57,713 bases of DNA. Source: Candidatus Omnitrophota bacterium. Its GTDB lineage: Bacteria > Omnitrophota > Gorgyraeia > 2-02-FULL-51-18. Under the pieces are notes generated by a model. The model was not told the DNA's origin. It was given only the letters and a program-made list of their open reading frames with translations, and made no database searches. Within the stretch, counting starts at the first letter, position 1; every line of letters begins with the position of its first letter. Of this stretch, positions 1 to 12,000 are shown one piece after another. The translations under genes were made by a program, and so were the position numbers. The stretch spans positions 1-57,713 of the forward strand of contig JACPWF010000032.1 in the NCBI GenBank assembly GCA_016197155.1, written 5' to 3'.

Positions 1-1
1 C

Positions 2-3000
2 CTTGACCAAAGACAACTCACAGCCGAAGTCTACGGCCACACCACCCTCCTCGGTCCCTTCAAAGACTCACAAGGAACCATCATTGGCTCTCTCTCAAGG
101 CATGAGCCCAATGACAGACCCGCTTTTTATGAGGTTCGTCTCTTAAACGGACAGCTGAGAACCGTTTCCACTTTTCGTTTCCCCGGTGACACGCAAGACC
201 GTTTGAGCGTGATGATTGATGCCCCACTCGTGGGGAAAAGACAGTCGGCTTTTGAGGTAGTCATCTTGCCGAACGGCGGATCATTCATGAGGCAAACCCC
301 CGTCACTCAACTCATTTACCGTTCCTATGATCCCAAAACCGGTGATGCGTTTCTGGAGTCGTGGTTAGGCGACAGCCGCACCCCTCGCCCCCGTAAACCC
401 GCTCGTACCTACGTTCGTGGCGGAAAAAATTATTTCCCGTCTGTTTTCAGAAAACCCGGCGAGAAAAAGGACCGTTATGCGGTATCGTTCGCGCCACCCA
501 AACCGGACGGGAAAACAGTGGCCGGTTCCCACGAACTGACCGTGTCCCCGACTCGTGTCAATGTCTCACGCGGAACCGTCGTCCAGTCCATCCTTCACGG
601 CTACAATCCGGATACCCGTGAAGCCCTGGTTGAGTCCTGGATCGGCCCGAAGGGCTCCAAGCGCCCCACATTCAACAGAACAGTAACCTACGTGGACAGG
701 TTGGGGACTTCCCTTCCCGGGATTATTTTTTATTCAAGGGGTTCTTTTAGGGAACGCTACGCGGTTCTTCTAAAAAAAACTGTAGCGGACGGAAAGACGG
801 CAGTGGGCGCCCGGGAAGTATGGATAGATCCCAAGACAAGAAGGATTCGCATATCGCCACAGCCTGTTGTTTGGGCCATTTATCACAGTTACAATCCCAG
901 AACCGGAGAGGCTTCGATGGAATCGTGGGTGGGAGGCAAGGGGACCAAACCTGCCGTCGGGGTCAACTATAGCGTCATCGATGACAACGGCGTCAGTCAC
1001 CCCGTTTTCAAAGATGACGCCGGCGTTTATTCCATGCCGCCGCTTAATACCAAACTCGATGCGCCCGGGAAATCCACCATCACTTACGTCGTCAATTTCC
1101 GGACGCGTCAGATATCCAGTCAAAGAGTCGCCAAAGTAGTTGTCGTTAAAAATTATTTTCGCGGCGGAGTGGGAATCGGCCAGATTTTGAAGGTTCTGCC
1201 GTTCCCGTTAAACGGCGACGTTTATCACGTGCTGACACGGATCGATAACTTGAGGATGCCCGTCCACGTGGACGAAGACGGAAAGGTTTCCCTCATTTCT
1301 CCCCGCGCCCGGCTACAAAATGCCGGTGACACGGCGATCGCTTACGTGGACGATCCCCGGACCGCGGGGCCTGATTATGCCAAGCGGGTGTCCAAACTCA
1401 CCGTCGAAAAGGTATTCGTGGAAAATGGCAGGGTGACGGGCCGTATTCTACGCATCGAGCCGTTTGGCGCCGAATACAAGGGTGCAATTTTTAGGGATGT
1501 GTCGGATGCCAAAGGGGTCTTGCGTTACCACGTTCGCCTGAAGGACATTCCGTCCATGATTTATGAAATTGCGCGTGACGATTCGGGTGTCGAGCTTGGA
1601 TCAAACAACTATTATTATAACGACCGCGCGAAAAAAATGAGCGAAATCAAGGGTTCTTTAGTGGGAGCGACAGGTTTCCTGCCTGAGAAAGATGAGAAAG
1701 GAAATCTCAGAGGCATAGAGATCCGTACTAGCGAACCCATTGATTTTCGGGCGCTGTCCAAAGAATACCGTGAGAAAATCCGCCGGCGCGGAAGAGGCGC
1801 CAGACTCGCCCTATCCAAAAAAGCGGTCCTGCTCGGGATGAGCGCCGTTTTACTCGCGGTTATGAATCACCGTCTCTTTTTCCCTCCGAGGGTTCCGAAG
1901 CCATCCGGATCTTCGATCAGAGCCGTGTCTTCCGAAGACTGGTTAAGAAATTACGATCCCAATAAACGGTCGGACAGCGAGGTCATTTTTCAAGCGGACC
2001 CCGCCCGTCACGTTTTAACGGTGAAAGTTTTGATGCCGGACGGGAGCCACCGAACGCTGGAAAAGAAAGACCGCGCCGCCATTAATTATCAGCCGACGGA
2101 AAACACCGATAACCGAAACATCGCCTACTACACCTACGGGCACATGGCCGAGCTTGTGGCCGCCCTACTTTCGCCGGATGACCCTATTTTCCAGCATCCG
2201 GTCCTGCGCCGCCTGGGCATTCCCCGCGAGAGAGGCCAAGATCACGCCAAAATTTTACGTCAAATGGGCGTGCGCGTGCTTCGCTTGTATTCCGAACCCG
2301 ACCGGGACCAAAACCCATACGACTACGAAGGTTTTAATCTCATTATGGATCATGTCCATGAGGAACGGCATGGCGGGTTGTCTGTGATCGGCACTCACTG
2401 GGCGGGACTCGGGCCTTCTTTTCCGGGTTTTCCGGCCCTCGGCAAGAACACAACTGAAACCCGCGAAGCCGTGAAGCGGAGCGTCGAGCGCATCGTAGAA
2501 CAATACGCCGCAAAGCCCTGGTGGTTAGGCATGATTCTGGGAGTGGAAAATAACGCGCACGTGACAGGCGGTTTTTTAAGGCGGGAAGAGGATGGATATG
2601 AGTTAAGTCTCGCGCAACACTACGAATTTCAGGCATGGCTTGCCCAGGCCGCCAAGAAAAAAGAAGAAGAAATGAGCGGCTCTTTGCGTTTAAAGATCCG
2701 GCACCCCTATGGCATCGGCAACGCCTATCTGACAGACCAAGAGGCCGGTTTAATAAAAGCGGCGAACAACCGATACGGCAACCCCATCGACTACATTGCC
2801 GGCACGTTTTATCGGGGGAACGGGATTATTCCAGGCGATCCTCGCGATATCGTCCGTGTCATGCGGGCCTCCGGGCAAGCGGGTTTGCCCTTCATGCTCG
2901 CGGAAGTGGGAGCTCCCGCTGTTTCGCCCACAGACTCTGCTCCGTTGGAATACTTGAATAAAGTTTATGCTTCCCTTCTTCCCGATCAGCAATGGGTTTA

Positions 3001-6000
3001 CGCCGTCGCTCCTTTTGAGGCAACCTCCGAAGAATGGAAAGGGGGTCACCCGAATGAAAAACGCTTTGGAATCATGAACAATCAAAACCGCGAGCGTTAT
3101 TTTGAAAAATGGATTGGTATCTCACCGGCCCGTTTGGCGCGCCAGATTTTGTTTTCCCGATTCAGTCCGCTCATTTGGCTGGGTTTATTTTTATTCGCCG
3201 GCACACTTTTGGGTCCCCCGGTATCGGCTCAAAAAGTTTCCAACCAATATTATCAGAGCAGATTTAGTAAAAAATTAGGAGGCCAGGTCCTGTTCCAACC
3301 TGCCGGTGAATCCATCAAAGCCTCATTCTTCAGCGCACCCACACCCACAGGCCGCACCGTCATTTACAACTCCAAACGCTATCCCGAAGCGCGGAGAACT
3401 GATAAAAGGAACGGCCGCGTCCAGCGTCTGGCCATCGTGGGAGAGGGGGAAGAAAAAGGCAAAGAGGTTGCCCGGCTCGACCTTCTGAAAGGGGAGGCCG
3501 AGGTGCTGGAATCCGAGGGGTTCTCCCACGTCCACGATTTTTCCGTCAACCCCACTAACCCCTCAGAAATCATCATCGCCGGACCCAAGAAGCTAATCAT
3601 TTTGTCAAAAAAAGACACCCAGGGCCGGATCATCGCCAGAAAGACCCCTGTTCGCGCCGATAAAGCGACGCGCCACAACCCCGAAGGGCTGGATGATGAC
3701 AACGCGTGGGACGAAGCATACACGTCTGAAGGCAGTATGGTCGAAATCGCCCGCGACGGTTTTGTGACAACTTACGATCCAATACACGAGGGAAAAACCG
3801 GCGTGCTGAAACCTCTAAGAAAGTATCGTCTCGAAAGCGGACCTGGCGGCAGGACTGTGAGGGTTCTTGTCAGACAAATCGAAGTTTCTGTTAGTTGGCA
3901 GAGGAAAATTATTCATACAAAAGAAATTCCCGTGGATCCGGACGGAGGACAGATCGAAGAAACAGCCGCTAATGAGCGGATCGATCGTGAGATGACCTTT
4001 GACGGAGTGCTTTTGGTTGAAATCCGCCGATGGAAAAGTCCGTCCGGTCGGCGGATGTCTCAACGTACTTTTTACGATGAGGCCGCCTCACGGGCCGTCG
4101 GAGGGCAGGTGCCCTCCCGTTCCGATTTTTCCGTCGACGGCGTGATTTATTCCAAAACCACTCATCAAAACCCTGTTTCCATGGAGACGGCTCTTGGAGG
4201 AAAAATAGACCGCCTTGATCCTGAACTGCGGGCGTTATGGACTGCTCAAGGGATAAGAGACAACACCATGATGCAGCCGGCGACCACGGTGACCAGGAAT
4301 GGGATAGGGTCGATAGAATACCGAAGGGTCGGGGACAAGACGGGGCGGTTGGTTGTCACGAAGGCCGGGGGCACCCTGAGCCTCGCCGTGGATTGGGATT
4401 TGGAAAATCACCCGGTACACAGTTTTAAAATAACACCTGGCGGCCACGTGACGCATGAATATATTTCAGACGGCAAGGGAACTTTGGCGAGTTTTTTCTC
4501 GTCGACTCGGAGGGGTCAGAGGGACAAACAAACATTTCTCTCTCTCACCAACCGCTTACGCGGTCTCAACGACAACACAGAGTTAAAAGTCGTCCGGGAA
4601 ATTCCGTGGGTTCGTCGAACCGTCAATGGAGAAATGGAATATACCCGTCCCACAAGCCCCGAGGCCGAGACCAGAATATTCTATCTGTCCCATGATCCGA
4701 TGGGCTTGCCGGTATGGTCCGAACGGGTGGTTGCAAATGGGGATTTGCATCGCACGGTCTATTTTCCCGGAAAACGCGCTCTAAAGCTTTCCAACAAGAG
4801 CAAATTTTTCGGAGGCGCCGGCTACGCATATTGGCGCATCCGCCTGGGGGTGGCTTATGGTTACAATCTGCCGCTGGATAGGGCGCGAGGCAACGAAACT
4901 TTCAACGCATCTTCTTTCGACACGTTTGATTTTGAAATCAGAGGTCAGTCCGGAGGGGAAAAATACCAGGTCATTTTTATCGACGCGCAAGGGCGCCGGG
5001 CGGTTTGGACGCCGGATCCGGCGGGCAAAACCTATCAAGTGGTCAAAATACCCTTGGCGGCCATGAAACGAAAGGGAGTGAATCTCGAAAAACTCATCAA
5101 TATCGTGTTTTCGTTTGGCGGTGATGTGGGCAATCCAAAAGGCGCCACCCTCTACGTCAATGATTTCCTTTTCCGTTCACCAAACCAGGCTGTTCCCACC
5201 AGTCTGTTTCGAGGTCCCGTCGAATCTCTGGGCGATACAGACTCGCATATTTTCACCGCGGAGACTATCAACAACAGTGCTTCCTCGTTGGGATTGGTTT
5301 CCTCCTATACGTACAACGCCTCACGGACACGATCCGAACGGGACCCGCTTTTGGTCTCGACAACGGACTATATTCTCACCGATTCCGACGGCAACCACTA
5401 CTTCCTTTACGGCGAGGAAGAAAGCCAGGTGAGTTTTGTCGAAGTGAAGAGTTCGGAAAAGAAGCTACTCTATCGGATCTATCTCAATGGTTACGTGAAG
5501 GACAATTATTTAAGCATCCAAAGGGAGCGCCATTACTTCGATGCGAATGAATTGCCCGTTTATGCGGTTGACGAATTTACCGGCGATCTTTTGTGGATAG
5601 TTTATACCCGCCACCTTCCCAATGGAGACACGGTGGACTGGAAGAGGCGTGTTCACAACGGCCACTTAACACAAGAGGAACAGGTCAAGCTCTTTGGTCC
5701 GGACGGCAACCAGCGTTGGGAGAGGTATCTCGGGGATCAATTCGATCTTGTCCGAGGCAAACGCGTGCCGCGCCGGATCTCCTGGACTCCTTTCATTGGC
5801 CCCGAACCCGACGGAGTTGCCTGGAATCGGCGGCTCCAAGAAGTTCGTGGTTTGATGAACGAGCGTCCCCACTCCTCTCTTTTGAAAAAGGGCTTAATCG
5901 GAGAAGAAGGGAAGACCCCACAGCACCTGCCTTTTCAATTGCCCGAGGAGCTTGTGAAGGCAGGCGAATGGATTTTGGCGGCGGGATTTTTTATTTCATT

Positions 6001-9000
6001 GCTGTTGGCGGGAATCGTATGGAGTAAGCGGAGAAACCGTGCGTATCGTTTCTTGGAGGGGGATGCCGAAGCCGGTGTTCGGCGAGCGGCCCACGATCGT
6101 TATCTTCAGTCACGGTCCGAAAGACAGGGGGCTCGGTTATCCAGGCACACTTCTTTTCAGGAAATTGAGAATCGCTATCGAAGCGTTTTGGAGACTTATT
6201 GGAATGAATTGTACATTCCGGAGGCTGACAGTTCCCTATTACCAAAAGAAAAATTGATTCAAGCCGTTTTGAGGGACCTGTATGCGTCCTGGAACCGGCC
6301 CACCTCCGAACGATCCATTACTGCCTTGGCTGGCGACGGCCATTATGTGATCATGCCCAGCGTGCGGGAAGGCGTGGACTGGGAACTCGTGCCGCTACTG
6401 GATCATTTCCGTGCGCAGGCGTTCGGCATCGTTACCGAAGAATTGGCCGGAAATTTTCATTTTATTGAGTATCTTGTCGAAAAAAGCAAAACGATGGAAG
6501 CGGCCCGTATTTTGGAAATGGTCAAGGCGTACAAGGCCTTCTGGTACGACTGGATTCAAGGCCATGAGTTCCCACTCATCATGAACAAGGTCATCGGGGA
6601 CGAAGAAGCGTTCAGTTTCGAATGGTTTGTGGTTTTCTATGAATACCGCAGTCGTTTTGGTTTGGAAGAGGGGGCGGCCCGGGATCTCGATCAGGATCCG
6701 TCCCTCGTTCACAAAAGGCTCATGGAAGAAAACGAACGGGCCAAAACCGATTTCAACATGAGTCTTAGAAGCCCCCTGCGCCTCGAATTGGCGGGTTTTG
6801 TGAAGGCCCAAATTCCGCATGTGTTTCAGAACCCTCTGCGTCACGCGTTTTCGCGGGAAAATATCCAAAGCTATTTTGCGCAGGGGCCTACGGCGATGCT
6901 GGGACATGTGTTCTGGTTTACCGTCACAGCATTTTGGATACTGACGCTTTACGTTCAGTACCCTCAATGGGGGCACTATCTTATTCCTTTTATCCACTCC
7001 TTTTTCACGGACATCCAGGGCTTTACCCATCCGGCCGGCCCGGTTGTCATGGGCGGCCTTATCCTGACTAATCTTTATTTCCTCGAGAGGGCTACGCGGA
7101 ACCTGCGACATTTTAGGGAGTTTTTCACCGTCTTGGCGGGCACGGGACTGGTGTATTTTATCAACGATCTTTTTCATCTTCATTTTTTTCCCGAATCTGC
7201 TTTGGGAGGGACGCTTTTGGTCATGCTCGCCACGATTCCGATCTGGCTTTTTACCAAACTTCTTTATGCTTTCCCCGCCTGGACACTCATGGCGGGCGTC
7301 GCTTTCGTGGCCGGAAAAATTAAGAGGCTAAACACGTTTAAAGGCGATTCACAGCTTGGAAAAGTGGGATCCTACTTCGGGAAGCAATTAACAAAAATCG
7401 CCGAGAAACTGAACGGGCAAGGCGCCCGGTTGACACCCGCGGATGTTGAGAGGGAAATTCTCTCCGAGTTTAGGGATTTGGCCAATGACTTGTACAAAAA
7501 ACGGCTTATTGGCTCTGAGGATCTTGAGCGGATGACAGGGGTTCGGGATCTTGCGGGTATAGATAGTCTGGACTTAGGGGCCCTTCCGGTGACACGGGCC
7601 AAGGACCGTTTGAAACGCTGGGCCAATCGGGTGTCTATCAGGGGGCCGTCCGTCCCGTTGCCCTGGCCTGAGCTTCCCTCCATGTGGGTACGCCTGATCT
7701 GGAAGGGAGACAAGTTTGCGTACTCATGGGATGAGGTAGATAAAAAGGAGACATCCGGCGTCACAATTCTGCAAAAGGTGAGAAGGGCCTATGGAAATGG
7801 GATGGATTTCCGCTATCTTATGCAATTTCTTGTGGACAAAAATCTTATTACGCGGCAAGAGGCGATAGCCGCCATTGATTCAGGAATTGACCAACCAATG
7901 GCCCCCATTCTTCTTGAAGGCAAAAGCGAAGAGGCCCGCCAAGCCATCGATGCTGCCATGATGAGCTGGGTCAATGACAGGCTCCAAACGGTAAAGAAAA
8001 CAATCGATGATACGATGCAGATCCGTGAGGCTTATGAAGCGGCGTTTATTCGATGGTACCGCTCCGAGAATGAAGACGCGGATCCCTTACCGGAACAGGT
8101 GCGGCAGGAAGTGGGTCTCAAATTTAAATTTGTGGTGGGCGTCGCTCAATCGGAGGCCAGACTCAGGCGCGACGAAACCGGTGACAGCGGGCGCGCGCTT
8201 GATTATATGCGGGCGATTCGTGACCTTAACCTTGTCACTGTTTTTTTCCCATTACAGTCGCTTTCCCGGCCTAATCCAAAAGTCGACGACTCCGTGGGCA
8301 GTTACAAGGGGGTGATGCTTTCTTATATCCTCGGTTCCGGAGAAGTCGCCGGCTATGATCTGGCGGTCTTCGTGGACGCCGATACCGAGGTAAACCGCGA
8401 GGATGCCTTCGCTTACCTTCCTTCCTCGGAGCGGTTTCTGGAAAACCCAAGGCTTGGAATACTCAATTTCCGGCAGTACATCTTTAACACCGAGTATAGT
8501 GATCAGACGCGCGTGACCGGCGTGGCGATTGGAACGAAATGGGGTCCGTACCTCAGGGCTCGCTCTTTGGTGGGTCAGCAGGGTTTTTACGGCCACGGCT
8601 CCATATTGCGCACGCGCTATCTTTGGACATTGGTAGGGTCCCAAATGGACAAAGTCGGCGAAGACCTGCCTATTTCTTTCTCCATGAGAATCGGTTTGAA
8701 GCGAATCACACCGAATTTGGCCGAACACCTGGGTAGCGCAGAAGTGGAGCAGGACGAGCTTGTTTGGATGGGTGAGGGGATCGAAACCACTCATGGGGAT
8801 TATCAGGAACCCACCACGAAGAAATGGGCCTCGGCCACGGAACAGGTAGTCAGAAGCCTGATTTTCAGGATTTTTAAAAGGGATCCCTACGTTCCCCGAG
8901 CCGAGAAAGACGACGTGGGGCTCGGCGTCGATTTCTACCGCGTCAACAGCTGGTTTGCCGTTTCCGCTATACTGCTTTACAACATCAGCATTTTCTTTCT

Positions 9001-12000
9001 CGGCATCAGCGCGGCCTCGATCTTTGAAGGAAAATTCGCGCTTCTAGGAGTGGCGGCCGCCCTGTCCATCAACTGGCTTCTCGTCGTTCAGTTGTATGAG
9101 ACGCAGGGGACGGAATTGCGGAGAGGAGGTTGGTTTGCGCCTTTTATTGCTTTGATCCGGTTCCTCGTTCCCGGCGGTTTCAAGGCTTTTCCCCCTCTTA
9201 TTTTTTCGCAGGCCCATGGTGTCCAGATGTCCCGCGACCGGGACGCGCGCTACACAAAGAGCAAAAAAGGCCCCGGGGTAGCCATGGATGTGTGGGAAAA
9301 CACTTACGCCAAAGGAAGGTGGGGGATCATCGTTTCCCTCATCAATATCCCACTCACCCTGATTCAAATGGCGTTGGGTTTGATCAACCAATACGTTTAT
9401 GACACCCACATCGGTTTTCAGGCGTTTGATCCCTGGCTTTATCTTTTCAATTTTCTGTACCTGATGGTGAATTGGGTTACGTTGGTCATGCCGGCATTTG
9501 CCAACCCAACCCCAAACCGCAAACAGAAGTGGGTGGATCTGCGCCGCCATATCCGACAGGGCTACCAGGATATCGGCGCGGGAGTTTGGAACTGGCTGTC
9601 AGATTTCGGCCGCCGGGTTTTGGGGCACCACTACGATGTCAGGCCTGTGCATACTCCCGAACAACTTGGCGACGAATTTACCAGAAGGGATTTGTTGGGC
9701 ATGAGATTGATTGGTCCCTCTACGCCCAGGGGATCGGATAAATTCAATGAACAGTCCTATGCCCTCACGGCTGCCTTTCAATCCGGCCTTGATCCTCTGG
9801 CGATCCGCCGTGAATTTGCAGATAGCCTGAGAGATTCAGGCCTTTTACCCGATGCATTGTACGATCCTGCACAAGAAACAGTTACTTCCCCCACGAGGAG
9901 AGGAGGAAGGAATGGCGCGCGCCTGGCCATGGGATCGTCCCCGGAGAGTGGTTGGGAAGATCGGCAAATTGAACAGGCCCTTCTTCCTTACCCGAGGAAT
10001 CCTGCCACATCGTCTCAACTGAGGGATCTTTTCCGGGAGGGGCCCAGTACGCTTTCCGGGGCGTTTAAGGCGTCTGAATTAACCCGCAGGGACGCGGGTG
10101 ATTACGCGACTTATGTGGAGAGAGTGGAGGACAATTTAAAACGTGTCACCGTTCACGATCTGGAGGCTGTGGCGGACATGCTTTTACACGAGCAAAAAAT
10201 CGTGTCTGAAATGAAGCGCGTGATTCACGATACTCGGCCGGACATGCAGGACTCTATTATCGAAGAGAAGGCGTTGGAGACCGTGAGAAAATGGGGTCTT
10301 GTCTATCCTTTCCTGGTTCAGGAGCTGGAGAAAGCCTTTGCGATAGAACGCTCACTGCAGACGACCATGCTTATCAGCGAAGCCGTGAGAGGGGCCGTGC
10401 CCACAGATTTTGAACTTTTGAAGGCAAAAACTGAATTCAAAGAGCGAAAAGTTTCTCCGGTCGCCTCTCGATCTGACGCGGCCCTTCGTTTTACCCGGTC
10501 TGCCTATTATTACCGCCGCCTGGACGGCACGTTCCCGCGGAATGACTGGACCTCCGTCCAAGAGTTGAAGGTGGCGCAAAACGCTCTCCGTTTTTACTGG
10601 CAGATCGAGCAAAGATCCCTGCGTGGGCGTCAAGATGTGCCAAAGGAATATCAGGATAATCCGTTTACCAAGATGAATGATATCGCCAATTACGTGACCT
10701 ATGAAGCGTTGGCGGGAGAAGACGGAAATTTTGATGCGGGCCCGCTCGATGAGGCCAGGTTCCGTCTCAGAGTGCGTCAGGCCATCGCAGGCAATGAGTT
10801 GGATCTCAATAATCCCACCGTCTTGGACGCCGCTACCGGCAACCTGTCCAAATACACTCAAGGTGTTTTGAGGGAAGCGGCCTACAAGCTTACCGCCCCC
10901 GACGTGGGGGGAGATTATTTCATTGATGAGTTGTTCCATCGCTACATCACTGATGCCGGGAGGCCGATCACGCTTGCCTACATCACGGACAATAACGGTG
11001 AAGGGGTGATTGATCTTCTGTTTGTCCGGGAAATGCTGAGGACCAACCCGAACTTAAGAGTGGTTTTCATACCCAAGTCCGTGCAGATTCGGAATGACCT
11101 TTCTTGGATGGACGTTGAAAAAATATTGGATTTTGACGCGAGGCAACCCGAGGGTCGTCAGCTTTTAAAGGAACTGCGCGAGGAACGGGACAAGCCGGAG
11201 GGGACAAGAAGGTTTGAGCTCTTCAAGGAAGGGGCCGAAATTCAGGGCATTGACCCCGTTCGCATGACCCGGCCTATGGCCGAGATTCTTTTAAAAGCGG
11301 ACGTCATTATCGGAAAAGGCCAGGCCAACGCCGAAGTGCGCGGTTGGAAAAAACCAATTTATTATTTGGCCATGGTGAAGGGGCGCGTTGCCCAGGCCGC
11401 CCATGGTATTTGTAACGGCAGAAAAGATTCAGTCGCCTTTTCCATCCGGTACGGCGCCGACCATTATGTGGACTGGGCGGACAGCGCGTTTAAACGTTAC
11501 GCGGACCCCGTGGCTCGCGAGGACACTCCCGTGGGCCGTCAAACGACACGCGAGTTTATTGACGCTTTGATCCATTGGGAAAACCGGGATGAGTATATTG
11601 CCCAAAGGGACGCTTGGGAAACAAAGCGGGACCAAGCAGTGAAAGAAAAGAAAGCCGGTCGGCCGGAGGCGCTCAGTCGATTGAGCAATCCTCCTGTTCC
11701 ACAATACACAGTCAACCCCGCTTATACGCGTCTTTTAAATGAACAGGGCGGCGATGAAAAGGCGACCTATGAAAGGATTATGGAAGAGGCTGACAGACGA
11801 AAGAGGACTTTTGCGGAAATCGTTGCGACAGTCCAGTCGCTCGGCACGGGCCCATCCCCCCGTGTCAGTTACAATCCAAGCTATCAGAGGGTTATTGACC
11901 ACTACAAAGATAATGAAGAAGCGGCCTTCCAGTCGGTACATGAGAAAGTGAGAGAGTATCGGCAATCTTTTGCGGATTCACTTGCCCGCTGGAGCGCGGA

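Noticed and set aside
203-205. TTG at 203 as start of the giant gene
   Set aside because: The frame is open to the window edge, there is no RBS, and the upstream translation continues the repeat pattern.
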